Shown here in pieces: positions 26,976 through 35,965 of a stretch of 36,440 nt of DNA (the stretch's first letter is position 1; the number at the start of each line of letters is the position of its first letter). This DNA comes from a virus (taxonomy: Duplodnaviria; Heunggongvirae; Uroviricota; Caudoviricetes). The notes under the pieces are model-generated. The model was not told the origin of the DNA. It worked only from the letters and a program-made list of their open reading frames with translations, and ran no database searches. The translations under genes were made by a program, and so were the position numbers. The DNA lies in IMG/VR virus record IMGVR_UViG_2778261172_000005, positions 1 through 36,440 of that record; one strand, given 5' to 3'.

Positions 26976-27521
26976 ATGATAAATATTAATGAAGAAATTA
27001 ATAATTCTTTCGATGAGTTTGATGAGGAGGATAAACAGCAAGCTTACTTATCTTTCTTTAAAAATAGTTTCCCTTTTTTACTTTGCCCAACTCTATTCAA
27101 ACGCAGTGAAGATCTCCCTCAATTAAATTGGGTGAAAGTAAAATATACTGAGCATGCGGCTCATACTTTCCCAAATCAACAGGGAGTATATATGTTTATG
27201 GTTGGTTTCGAAAGCACTAAGCTCCCCAATAATTCATATGTTATGTATGTAGGAAAGGCCGGCGATACTAATTCCAACAACACAATCTGCAAAAGGTTTA
27301 AAGATTACGTTAATCCATCTGGATTTAGAGACAGGCCCAGAGTTAAGAAACTCATTCAGCATTTTAGTGAGCATTTATATTATTACTATGCAACACTCCC
27401 AACAGGGCAATCCACAGCAGATGTTGAATCCACTTTAGCCGATATTTTCGCACCACCTTGTTGTCAACGAGATTTTTCAGCTAATGTGCGAAGCTTATTG
27501 AGAGGAGTTAGAATTATATGA
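26976..27521 (+). CDS. GIY-YIG-like nuclease-domain cargo protein, 181 aa; first gene of a two-gene operon at the old/tin position
   Basis: GVYMF...YVMYVGKAGD...RFKDY...E...N, arranged as in the GIY-YIG fold with a longer than usual spacer between the first two motifs; very AT-rich; stop overlaps the next ATG. Confidence 0.5.
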   Translation: MININEEINNSFDEFDEEDKQQAYLSFFKNSFPFLLCPTLFKRSEDLPQLNWVKVKYTEHAAHTFPNQQGVYMFMVGFESTKLPNNSYVMYVGKAGDTNSNNTICKRFKDYVNPSGFRDRPRVKKLIQHFSEHLYYYYATLPTGQSTADVESTLADIFAPPCCQRDFSANVRSLLRGVRII

Positions 27522-28657
27522 ATCAACGTTTAGTCCTTCCATGTTTGAGAGGCTATATGGGGAGCTGGATTACATATAGTTGCATGATGAGACTTTCAGA
27601 TGCATCCAATTTGATCGGGTTTGCTGAGGAACTCCATCAAATTGATAAATTGTCAGACAAAATACAACGTGAATTAAATAATGATAGGGCTGAAGAAATC
27701 TCTCATTATTTGGTTAGCAATGATGATCGCTTCTTTAACTCATTAGTTGTAGCTGTTTATGATGGCGATCCAAATTGGCATGAAATTGGAGGAATAACTC
27801 CAAACAATGAAGAAGCCTCTTTGCTTGATTTTCCTGAGTATGCAGGGAATTGCATTGGTTTTTTATCCATTACAAGAGATGAAAAATTTTTTGCACTTGA
27901 TGGACAACATCGCTTAGCTGGCATCAAAGCTGCTCTTAAAGTTAATAGCGATATTGCTGATGATCTAATTAGCGTTATTATTGTTGCTCATGCTAATACG
28001 CCAGAAGGTAAAGTAAGATCCAGAAGATTATTTACCACTTTAAATAAAAAGGCAAAATTAGTTAGTAAAGATACCATTATAGCTTTAGATGAGGATGATA
28101 TAGCAGCATGCATAACAAGACGTCTAATTGAGGCAGAGGATTTCATATACTTCAATGAAGATAACGTATCCTTTAACTCTGGTCCTGTTAGAGATAAAAC
28201 GAGCATCACATCTATTGTTAATATATATGATAATGTTCAGAAGTTAGTAGCATATAAATTAGGTGTTAAAATTACCGAGTTGGAAAGATACAAGTATAAA
28301 GATCATATTGACATATACAACTTCATTTCTAATTTTTATAGCTACACATTCGAAGGATGTGAAGAGTTAATCAAAGTAGCTAAAGGTGAACAACCTGCTG
28401 GATTTTATAGAAATTCCGAAACTGGTGGGCATATTTTGTTTAGACCTATTGGTTGGGATTTATATACAGATATAGTACTCTATGCCATGACTCATTTTAA
28501 TCATGACCTTAAAAAGGCAATTCAACACATCACCAAACACAATCTAAACATGTCTGGCTCTATTCTATCCAACAAAGTTTGGTCAACAAAACAAAAGAAA
28601 ATCCTTAAGATAAGTGCTAAAAACATAAAAGCAATACAAAAAAGTTTGTTATCATAA
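27518..28657 (+). CDS. DGQHR-domain (DndB/ParB-like) cargo protein, 379 aa; second gene of the operon
   Basis: Exact signature FFALDGQHRLAGIK preceded by a QR motif, as in the DGQHR/DndB family; AGGAG Shine-Dalgarno inside the end of the upstream gene; ATGA overlap; AT-rich. Confidence 0.6.
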   Translation: MNQRLVLPCLRGYMGSWITYSCMMRLSDASNLIGFAEELHQIDKLSDKIQRELNNDRAEEISHYLVSNDDRFFNSLVVAVYDGDPNWHEIGGITPNNEEASLLDFPEYAGNCIGFLSITRDEKFFALDGQHRLAGIKAALKVNSDIADDLISVIIVAHANTPEGKVRSRRLFTTLNKKAKLVSKDTIIALDEDDIAACITRRLIEAEDFIYFNEDNVSFNSGPVRDKTSITSIVNIYDNVQKLVAYKLGVKITELERYKYKDHIDIYNFISNFYSYTFEGCEELIKVAKGEQPAGFYRNSETGGHILFRPIGWDLYTDIVLYAMTHFNHDLKKAIQHITKHNLNMSGSILSNKVWSTKQKKILKISAKNIKAIQKSLLS

Positions 28658-28687
28658 ATCAATTGATACTATATTACTGTACAGTTT

Positions 28688-28712
28688 AAAAACCGCCAAT
28701 CAGGCGGTTTTT
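28688..28712. terminator. bidirectional rho-independent terminator after the cargo operon
   Basis: Perfect 10-bp inverted repeat AAAAACCGCC/GGCGGTTTTT with 5-nt loop; A-tract upstream and T-tract downstream. Confidence 0.65.
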
Positions 28713-28815
28713 AAACTGTCAACCAAGCGTTTCTTGAGCGGTTTACATTCTTAAACCAGTGCCGTATTTAACTAAACATAACATTCCAGCCAATCTGACA
28801 GGTCAGTAACATCCG

Positions 28816-28974
28816 TTATCCGGGCTTCACTTTTCGTCTCGTATATCCATACAGAATAAACGAGCCTCCGCTCTCATAATTACGGTGATTTTTAAGAAAC
28901 TCCGCGCGTTTCTTTCCTTCCAGCCCAAGGTCTAAATATTTTGTGTGCAGCTTTACCTCATGAATTTTTGCCAT
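28816..28974 (-). CDS. small hypothetical protein (52 aa) coupled to the end of gene A
   Basis: ATG overlaps the A stop codon (TAATG); no recognisable motif; start chosen inside the 64-aa ORF-track call. Confidence 0.35.
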   Translation of the reverse strand: MAKIHEVKLHTKYLDLGLEGKKRAEFLKNHRNYESGGSFILYGYTRRKVKPG

Positions 28975-31265
28975 TATGTCCACTCCATTACAGCTGAGAA
29001 TCCCGGCCACTCATCAGCGACCGGATACGTGAATTTTTTCCCGTCATAATTTACTGTTGCCCCACGCGCCAGCGCCTCAAGCTCCCATCGCTGCGGCCTG
29101 ATACCGTTCTGAGCAAGGTCAACGCGGATACGGGTAATTTGCGTTCGTTCCGACCGGGTCAGTCTGGCCGATGGCGCTATTTCATGTGGTTTTAACGGGC
29201 TTCCGTTTCTCTGCTGACGATTTGGTGTTCTCAGTTCGTGTTTTAATGCACCTCTGAGCGCCCTCACGACCTCTGGCTCATTCCATTCGATAACACCGTC
29301 ATCAACCAGATTAAGCACTGCTGCGGCGTGCTCAGAAGGCGTGGGAGCCGGTGACGAAGTATCACCGTCGGTAAGCTTTCCACAGTTATTGACAGGACTC
29401 CGAGGCGCGGCGATGCCGCTTTTTAAAGTCAAAGGCTCAACGACCGGAACTTTCGGCACAATGCGCCAGTCCGTCGTTCTGGTGATATGAATATGACGCG
29501 CGCCGAGATGCGGCGCGTAAATGCCGACCACTCTCTCGACTTCTTCCTCATACTCGTTAACGTCATCCGACGGGCTACGGGCGACCCTGACAGTCTGACA
29601 ATCGCGCGGGACATTTGCCCCGCCCTGCGCGCTGATATACAGCGCAAAATCGCCACTGTCTGCGGCAGCGCGTGCAGCCTCGACGCGTTCGTCAAACTCA
29701 TCAGCAATGCTGACGCCGCGAGGCAACTTACGTAGTTCACGGTAAGCCCCCATTGTCGGCAGGCCAACCGTTTTAAATTGCGGGATGCGCCACGTTGACG
29801 CCCATGCGGTAACAGCCGCAGCAGTGTCTTTCAGCGGCCTGCCGGTATCGTTATCGAGCTGACCATCCAGTGCATAGCCGTCGATGTTTTTTGAAATGTA
29901 TTTCGCGATATATCCCGCAGCACCGCCCCGGTTAAGGTGTTTTGCCTGAAAACGGTTTCGCGCAGCTCCTCTTTCGTCGCCATCCTCTTTGAGCGCATAG
30001 CGACGCATGATTTCGATAATCTGGTTACGCTGGCGTGGATTACAAAAAAGCATCATATGCCAGTGCGGCGTTCCGTCGTGGTGTGGCTCGACGACTCGCA
30101 AACCGTAGACCTGTAAATCATTATCCTTGAATGCCGTGCGCATCAGGCTCCAGATACGGCAGAGATAACGCTGCGCATCCTTCGGATTAAATGCCTCATC
30201 ATTCCAGCCGTGATTAAGCTGGACGGTTTTACTTTCGCCTTTTCCGACCTGACGTGTCGGATGATACTTTGACGGCGCGGTCAGCGTGATAAACATCCCC
30301 ACATCACCCTCTGCGGCGGCGTAACGCTCAATACCGGCAATGGTGTTCATCAGCTCCATCCGGCGAATTTCAGGATTAGAAATACTGCCCATCACCTTAC
30401 TGATAAGGTCGATGCGTTCGCCGGTTTCCCTGTTTTCAAGGTCACACGATTTAAGAAATTCCAGATTTGCCTGACGGCGCGTACGCACATCACGAATAGC
30501 ATGTTTACTGGCATAAGGTGAACGGTCTTTATTGACCTCCCCGACAGCAATCAGTAACGCCTCATGCCAGCGCATACGCTGGCCTTTAAGCTGATGAGTC
30601 CACCACTCATCGTTAAACAGACGGGCAATGGCAGAATATGCCTGCCTCGTGGTCATCTGCCCTTTACGGTATTTTTTCCAGTAGAGAGGGGAAATATTGA
30701 AAGCTCGTGCAGCGCCAGCAACATGACCATACAGGTGAGCCTGCGCCTCATCCGTAAACAGCGATTCTTTCTCGCCATGCGCATCCACCCAGGCATCGCT
30801 GAGTTCCTCATACATCATGAAAAGCTGCGATGAGATACGGGCGGCAAATTTTTTCAGCTCCTTGTCATTCATTCCCGGCAGGCGTGCATACTGGTCGCGC
30901 TCTGCCAGAAACAGCAACGACGCGTCGGTGTTCATTTCATGGCGCTGATTCACGCGCTCAATGCGCGGCCATAAACGACGCTGAAAAGTGGATGTGAGGA
31001 AATAAAACCCGTGTAGCGGACTTTTATTGCGCCGGATGTAGTCATAGCGTGAAGTAAACAGCGAGCGCAAAAAGTAAGGCAGGCGGTTAATCGTGGATAA
31101 AACACCTTGCACCTGACGCATCTCGTCACGTGTAAGGGTTCTTTCGCGCCCGACGGCCTCGCGTGGCGCGTTCCATGCATAAGCACCGGTAAACGCCTTA
31201 CCGGTGCCTGCAGCAAATGCTGACGGAGGTACGCAGGTGTATTGCTCCTGGAAAGAATGACTCAT
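28974..31265 (-). CDS. A: replication initiation protein A (rolling-circle nicking endonuclease, P2 gpA-like)
   Basis: 763-aa ORF; sequence recognised; position next to cos and the hotspot as in P2. Confidence 0.9.
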   Translation of the reverse strand: MSHSFQEQYTCVPPSAFAAGTGKAFTGAYAWNAPREAVGRERTLTRDEMRQVQGVLSTINRLPYFLRSLFTSRYDYIRRNKSPLHGFYFLTSTFQRRLWPRIERVNQRHEMNTDASLLFLAERDQYARLPGMNDKELKKFAARISSQLFMMYEELSDAWVDAHGEKESLFTDEAQAHLYGHVAGAARAFNISPLYWKKYRKGQMTTRQAYSAIARLFNDEWWTHQLKGQRMRWHEALLIAVGEVNKDRSPYASKHAIRDVRTRRQANLEFLKSCDLENRETGERIDLISKVMGSISNPEIRRMELMNTIAGIERYAAAEGDVGMFITLTAPSKYHPTRQVGKGESKTVQLNHGWNDEAFNPKDAQRYLCRIWSLMRTAFKDNDLQVYGLRVVEPHHDGTPHWHMMLFCNPRQRNQIIEIMRRYALKEDGDERGAARNRFQAKHLNRGGAAGYIAKYISKNIDGYALDGQLDNDTGRPLKDTAAAVTAWASTWRIPQFKTVGLPTMGAYRELRKLPRGVSIADEFDERVEAARAAADSGDFALYISAQGGANVPRDCQTVRVARSPSDDVNEYEEEVERVVGIYAPHLGARHIHITRTTDWRIVPKVPVVEPLTLKSGIAAPRSPVNNCGKLTDGDTSSPAPTPSEHAAAVLNLVDDGVIEWNEPEVVRALRGALKHELRTPNRQQRNGSPLKPHEIAPSARLTRSERTQITRIRVDLAQNGIRPQRWELEALARGATVNYDGKKFTYPVADEWPGFSAVMEWT

Positions 31266-32269
31266 TCACATACACCGGCATAGACACTACTGCAAACGGC
31301 TTTATCATTCGCCGAAGCCAGTAAATCAAACTGAGTACCCCCACGCGTTGTCATTGTCCAGTCATGGTAGGTTTCTATTCCGTATGCCTCGACTGTTACA
31401 ATCTCAATACGACGTTCTGCGCGTAGCGGATCATGTGTGGATGGGAAAAAAGTGGAATTTCCCCGACGGGAGCACGACGCAACCAGTCGTTCCCATTCAG
31501 CAACCCGTTTTATTTCCTCCGGCCACCGGCGAAAAATTTCTGCCAGTTCAGATTTACGGACATGAATACATGGCATACAACCAACACGGCCACACCCCTG
31601 CTGATATAACGGATTTGGCTTAATGTCATGTCTTCTGGCTATTGCAAATACATCTTCATGCTTCCAGTGCAAAATCGGGCGATATACATGCAATCCGGGG
31701 GTGTTGTCTGCATCCTCTTCCCAGACAGGTAAAGCAGCGCGTGATGGCGATTCCTGAGCACGCACTCCCTGCCAGCTAATCACTTCCTCAAATTCATTGA
31801 GTAAAGGCAATATTACCTGAGAACGCACGGGCTCATGTTTCAGTTCAAATGTGCAAAATCTGGCTTTGGTTGATGGGAAACGCCCCTTCCACAGACACAA
31901 ATCAAGAAACGGGATACCCGTTGGTTTGAGAATTTCCAGCGCACAACTGATGCGCTGGTGCGCTTCTTCTTCCGACATTCCACAATCGTTAACCAACAAA
32001 TCAGGCCATTTGGTCTGGATAAACTTGCGCTTTGATTCAATCCGGCAGGAAAAATCAGCTCTGACTCTTTTAATTGGGCCAAGCCGTTTTTCCAGATAAT
32101 CCAGATATTTCATTGTCTGTGGATGTTCATGTCCCGTATCAGCAAAAACCGGCAATATGGGTACATTTTCTTCAATAGCGACAAGCCACTGAGCAAGGCT
32201 GTCCTTTCCACCTGAAACAAAAATAACATTGATGGTATTTTCAGTATGGCAACGAGCATCAGTAATCAT
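31262..32269 (-). CDS. PAPS-reductase-like PP-loop protein (DndC-like fold), 335 aa
   Basis: PP-loop motif VSGGKDS near the N-terminus and a cysteine cluster (GCGRVGCMPC); stop overlaps the A start (ATGA); absent from canonical P2. Confidence 0.7.
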   Translation of the reverse strand: MITDARCHTENTINVIFVSGGKDSLAQWLVAIEENVPILPVFADTGHEHPQTMKYLDYLEKRLGPIKRVRADFSCRIESKRKFIQTKWPDLLVNDCGMSEEEAHQRISCALEILKPTGIPFLDLCLWKGRFPSTKARFCTFELKHEPVRSQVILPLLNEFEEVISWQGVRAQESPSRAALPVWEEDADNTPGLHVYRPILHWKHEDVFAIARRHDIKPNPLYQQGCGRVGCMPCIHVRKSELAEIFRRWPEEIKRVAEWERLVASCSRRGNSTFFPSTHDPLRAERRIEIVTVEAYGIETYHDWTMTTRGGTQFDLLASANDKAVCSSVYAGVCE

Positions 32270-32544
32270 TCAGACGCTCCTCTGGAGAACGCCTCTGAAC
32301 AACGCTTGCTGAGTTGCTCAACCTGCGCGTTTAAATCAGCAAAAGACTTTGCGCTTCCGGTCAGAATATCGTGATGCATCAGGCCGGAAACGAGCTGGCT
32401 TAATTTCGGGTAATAACCAACCACCGCCAGCCATTCCTGACCGGCGTTTTTACCGCTTTCCGCTCTCTTTTTCTCGTGGAGAATAAACTGAAAGCTGTCA
32501 CTGGTAACGACATAACGTTCGCCAATTTCAATACGAATACTCAT
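32266..32544 (-). CDS. hypothetical early-region protein (92 aa)
   Basis: ORF in the B-A early operon at the position of the P2 orf80-83 cluster; start and stop overlap its neighbours. Confidence 0.5.
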   Translation of the reverse strand: MSIRIEIGERYVVTSDSFQFILHEKKRAESGKNAGQEWLAVVGYYPKLSQLVSGLMHHDILTGSAKSFADLNAQVEQLSKRCSEAFSRGASE

Positions 32545-32765
32545 GCCATTCTCCGGTAATGCTTGTTTTTTGCTTCAAAGACTGACTGGCAGGAAACACA
32601 ACGCGTGGCTGACGGATAAGCTGCACGACGGGCAGCAGGTATTGGCGCGTCACACTCTTCGCAAACCAGCGCAGAAACACCGCAATGTTTTACCCTTGCC
32701 GCGTTAATCTGGCGCTCCAGTAATTCAGCCTGTTGTTCCTGAATAAAATCTACGTTGTCCGGCAT
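32541..32765 (-). CDS. TraR/DksA-family C4 zinc-finger protein (74 aa)
   Basis: CEECDAPIP...CVSCQ four-cysteine motif; position in the early operon. Confidence 0.7.
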   Translation of the reverse strand: MPDNVDFIQEQQAELLERQINAARVKHCGVSALVCEECDAPIPAARRAAYPSATRCVSCQSVFEAKNKHYRRMA

Positions 32766-33070
32766 TACCAGCTCCTTTTGTCGTTCAGCTTCTTAAATTC
32801 ATCAGCGCAATAGCTGGCGATTTCTGTCGTTAATTTTGTCAGTTCATCCACTGAGGAAATTTGCTTGTGGAATACAGCGCGTTTAACAAGTAAATTGACC
32901 ACATCAGACAGGAGGTTTAATTCATTCTGATAAATCGCGATAACAGATTCAGTGATGTCGCGTTTTTCTTTATCAAGACAAAGTTGAATAAGAGACAAAT
33001 CACCATTTTCCATAACGGCGATTTTTAAGGCGTTATTCAGTAATACAACTGAATGAGAACAGGACATCAA
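32765..33070 (-). CDS. hypothetical early-region protein (101 aa)
   Basis: ORF in the early operon; somewhat AT-rich; no recognised motif. Confidence 0.45.
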   Translation of the reverse strand: MMSCSHSVVLLNNALKIAVMENGDLSLIQLCLDKEKRDITESVIAIYQNELNLLSDVVNLLVKRAVFHKQISSVDELTKLTTEIASYCADEFKKLNDKRSW

Positions 33071-33324
33071 AGTACCTCCCCGCGAGACAATCCGATATTG
33101 TGAAATTTTTCCGACTCCTGACTGAGCAGCTCGACTATCTCCACGCGGGATAACTCCGCCTTTGTGATGTGGCGAATCATGGCGTCAAGATGAGAAGAAA
33201 AGCGCGTCGCCGCGTCGGCCTGTGCTTCGGTTCTGGCCTGTTGCAGCAGTAATGCGTATTTACCGCACTGATTTTCAGAAACTGTATGCATGACTTTCTC
33301 CAGGCAAAAAGAAGCCCCGCACAA
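33067..33324 (-). CDS. hypothetical early-region protein (85 aa)
   Basis: ORF directly downstream of B in the early operon. Confidence 0.45.
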   Translation of the reverse strand: MCGASFCLEKVMHTVSENQCGKYALLLQQARTEAQADAATRFSSHLDAMIRHITKAELSRVEIVELLSQESEKFHNIGLSRGEVL

Positions 33325-33354
33325 TTAAGTGCGTTAAAAACTCTGGTTAATTAC

Positions 33355-33855
33355 TTAATGCAGATATTGCTCTGGTTTTACCGACGTCAGAATTGTCGGT
33401 GCATACTCAAACAGGCTGAATAATTCACGTAATGCACGGAATAAAGCATCACGCCAGTAACATGACTCTTCATTAATTCGCCAGTATGGCTGGTTGAATT
33501 CTTTTTCAGTCAATCCGGCATGCATAAATAAAGTACGACGCTGACTGACTGTTAAAAAACTAATATATGCATACTCACTTGCACCGACCTGACGGCGTTT
33601 TGAGAATGCCCCACGCAATTCATCAATTGCACAAACCAGCCGTTCACGTTCGACGTCGTTCATTTCTTCAAAACGCATCGTTGCGTGACGTTGTTTTAAC
33701 TGCGCATGAAAGCAAACTGTTAGCCGTTCGCGCTCCATCATCTGATTATAATAATCACATGTATCCTGCCAGCGAGGAACGGCAAGATGCTTACCAATTA
33801 TCCGGCGCATGGTTGCTGGCTGTTTTTCAACGAGATTGAGCGTCATCACTGTCAT
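33355..33855 (-). CDS. B: replication protein B (helicase-loader-like, P2 gpB-like, 166 aa)
   Basis: Sequence recognised; the third in-frame ATG is chosen because GGAGG sits 8 nt upstream and it gives the P2 gpB length. Confidence 0.85.
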   Translation of the reverse strand: MTVMTLNLVEKQPATMRRIIGKHLAVPRWQDTCDYYNQMMERERLTVCFHAQLKQRHATMRFEEMNDVERERLVCAIDELRGAFSKRRQVGASEYAYISFLTVSQRRTLFMHAGLTEKEFNQPYWRINEESCYWRDALFRALRELFSLFEYAPTILTSVKPEQYLH

Positions 33856-34022
33856 TTCCATACCCTCCGGCTTTTCAGAAAGGTCAGAGCCTTTTTTAAC
33901 GGACTCTGTTTTTTGGTGCGGATAATGATTCCCTTACGCCCCTTACCGTGGGTGATGGTGAAGTCAATCGCCCTGGGGCTTTCGTTACGCAGTAACTGAG
34001 CAATACAACGAGGCTCATTCAT
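33852..34022 (-). CDS. small early protein between cox and B (orf78-like, 56 aa)
   Basis: ATG with strong AAGGAG Shine-Dalgarno 6 nt upstream, 10 nt after the cox stop; its stop overlaps the B start (ATGA). Confidence 0.5.
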   Translation of the reverse strand: MNEPRCIAQLLRNESPRAIDFTITHGKGRKGIIIRTKKQSPLKKALTFLKSRRVWK

Positions 34023-34032
34023 ACGGTTCTCC

Positions 34033-34308
34033 TTAACGTGGTTCACCGAGACCTAACCACATCAACCAGCCGTCACGAATCTCTTTAGGACGGCTTTCAT
34101 AAGCCAGTTTTAGTCCGTTATTCCATGCCGGAAGGTATACCCAATATTCACCAGCACGCCCCGATACTGACTGAGGGTCAGTAATCTCAATAACTGGTAA
34201 TTTCCCTTTCTCAATCATGCCCCTTACAGCTCTTGGAGTTTTACCAATGAGTTTTGCAAACTCCTGATAAGGCACGGCATCAGTCACGCTTACAAGCTGT
34301 CTATTCAT
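34033..34308 (-). CDS. cox: Cox (excisionase / repressor of the lysogenic promoter)
   Basis: 91-aa ORF; C-terminal part ...SGRAGEYWVYLPAWNNGLKLAYESRPKEIRDGWLMWLGLGEPR recognised as P2 Cox. Confidence 0.9.
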   Translation of the reverse strand: MNRQLVSVTDAVPYQEFAKLIGKTPRAVRGMIEKGKLPVIEITDPQSVSGRAGEYWVYLPAWNNGLKLAYESRPKEIRDGWLMWLGLGEPR

Positions 34309-34429
34309 CTGCTACGATTCTCCCTTAGTGCTTCTAATGGCTCCTAATGGCTAATTATTGCCTAAAAGGATAACTCCAGAAGCGCAACATTTCACACTAT
34401 CAGCAAGAAATTACGCAATCGGAGTAATT
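34309..34429. promoter_or_regulatory. immunity switch region with divergent promoters for cox and C; contains tandem direct repeat CTAATGGCT x2 (34334..34352), a candidate repressor operator
   Basis: 121-bp gap between divergent cox and C; two identical 9-bp repeats spaced 10 bp apart; by analogy to P2 Pe/Pc, where the repressor binds direct repeats. Confidence 0.5.
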
Positions 34430-34729
34430 ATGTCAATAGACGTTTCGGAGAAGTTGAAGCTAATCCGTGAATCTGAAAGGTTAAACCGTAAAGAATTCAG
34501 TGAATTAACTGGTGTAGCCTACAGCTCACTTTCGAGCTATGAGAGCCGGTCAAAAAACGCTGGAGTTGAAGCCATAATGAAGGTCTTACAACATCCTAGA
34601 TTTACTAAATATACTTTGTGGTTCATGACTGATCAGGTAGCTCCAGAAGCCGGGCAAATTGCGCCCGCTCTCGCACACTTTGGGCAAAACGAAACAACGT
34701 CGCCCCACTCCGGTCAAAAGACTGGTTAA
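34430..34729 (+). CDS. C: immunity repressor C (99 aa)
   Basis: Internal ATG with GGAG Shine-Dalgarno; C-terminal ...FTKYTLWFMTDQVAPEAGQIAPALAHFGQNETTSPHSGQKTG recognised as P2 C; the ORF-track N-terminal extension would overlap the operator region. Confidence 0.85.
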   Translation: MSIDVSEKLKLIRESERLNRKEFSELTGVAYSSLSSYESRSKNAGVEAIMKVLQHPRFTKYTLWFMTDQVAPEAGQIAPALAHFGQNETTSPHSGQKTG

Positions 34730-34844
34730 CAATTTATCGTGAATATATTCATCACAAGTGCCTACTATTGGTGGCTAAATTTCAGCCACCACGAAAAAAG
34801 CGATTAGTAGTAGCAAAAAAAAGTACCACTCGGAGGGTTTTCTG

Positions 34845-35858
34845 ATGGCAATCAAAAAACTCGATGATGGTCGATATGAAGTGGACATCCGCCCTACTGG
34901 ACGTAACGGAAAACGCATCCGTAGGAAGTTTGATAAGAAAAGCGAAGCTGTCGCTTTCGAAAAATACACGTTGTACAACCACCACAATAAAGAATGGCTA
35001 TCAAAACCAACAGACAAACGACGTCTGTCGGAACTGACACAGATCTGGTGGGATTTAAAGGGTAAACACGAAGAGCATGGGAAATCTAATCTTGGAAAAA
35101 TTGAAATCTTCACAAAAATAACGAATGACCCATGCGCATTTCAAATCACGAAATCCCTTATCAGCCAGTACTGCGCCACCCGAAGAAGTCAGGGTATTAA
35201 ACCTTCGAGTATCAATCGTGATTTAACATGTATTAGCGGCATGTTTACAGCCCTGATTGAAGCGGAGTTATTCTTTGGTGAGCACCCTATCAGAGGGACA
35301 AAGAGGCTTAAGGAGGAAAAACCAGAAACAGGCTATCTCACACAGGAAGAAATTGCCTTACTGCTTGCAGCACTTGACGGCGACAATAAAAAGATTGCGA
35401 TTCTTTGCCTGAGTACAGGAGCACGTTGGGGAGAAGCAGCTCGTTTGAAAGCAGAAAATATCATCCATAACCGCGTCACGTTTGTTAAAACGAAAACAAA
35501 CAAACCACGCACCGTCCCGATCTCAGAGGCTGTTGCCAAAATGATCGCGGATAACAAACGAGGTTTTTTATTCCCTGATGCTGATTACCCTCGCTTCAGA
35601 CGAACAATGAAAGCAATAAAACCGGATTTGCCAATGGGGCAAGCCACACATGCACTAAGGCACAGCTTTGCCACTCATTTCATGATTAATGGAGGAAGTA
35701 TTATCACGCTACAACGGATACTAGGTCACACGCGGATTGAACAAACTATGGTTTACGCTCATTTTGCGCCAGAGTACCTTCAGGACGCCATTTCTCTTAA
35801 TCCGCTAAGAGGTGGTACTGAGGCCGAGAGTGTCCACACAGTGTCCACAGTAGAGTAA
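34845..35858 (+). CDS. int: tyrosine integrase (P2 Int-like)
   Basis: 337-aa ORF with C-terminal catalytic motifs (...HALRHSFATHF...LGH...VYAH); directly adjacent to attL. Confidence 0.9.
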   Translation: MAIKKLDDGRYEVDIRPTGRNGKRIRRKFDKKSEAVAFEKYTLYNHHNKEWLSKPTDKRRLSELTQIWWDLKGKHEEHGKSNLGKIEIFTKITNDPCAFQITKSLISQYCATRRSQGIKPSSINRDLTCISGMFTALIEAELFFGEHPIRGTKRLKEEKPETGYLTQEEIALLLAALDGDNKKIAILCLSTGARWGEAARLKAENIIHNRVTFVKTKTNKPRTVPISEAVAKMIADNKRGFLFPDADYPRFRRTMKAIKPDLPMGQATHALRHSFATHFMINGGSIITLQRILGHTRIEQTMVYAHFAPEYLQDAISLNPLRGGTEAESVHTVSTVE

Positions 35859-35937
35859 CGTTTAAGGGCTTTCAGTGGTAATTTATGCCGCTCAAACCCG
35901 CATTGTACCGTTGAAAGCCCCTACTGGTGACACCCTA

Positions 35938-35965
35938 AATCTCCCTTACACGGGCTTATTTTTTA
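35938..35965. repeat. prophage attachment site core, int-proximal copy (attL)
   Basis: Identical 28-bp direct repeat of 1507..1534, located 80 bp after the int stop. Confidence 0.85.

Larger units (their letters stand above)
1507..35965. mobile_element. complete P2-like prophage (about 34.5 kb) integrated at the cyaR 3' end between yegQ and yegR
   Basis: Bounded by identical 28-bp att cores; full P2 gene order present including integrase, immunity switch, replication, cos, terminase, capsid, lysis and tail genes; no obvious frameshifted or truncated backbone gene. Confidence 0.9.

Noticed and set aside
28816-29010. Full 64-aa ORF-track call overlapping the 3' end of gene A
   Set aside because: The first 12 codons lie inside gene A; only the 52-aa version starting at the ATG that overlaps the A stop is kept, at low confidence.
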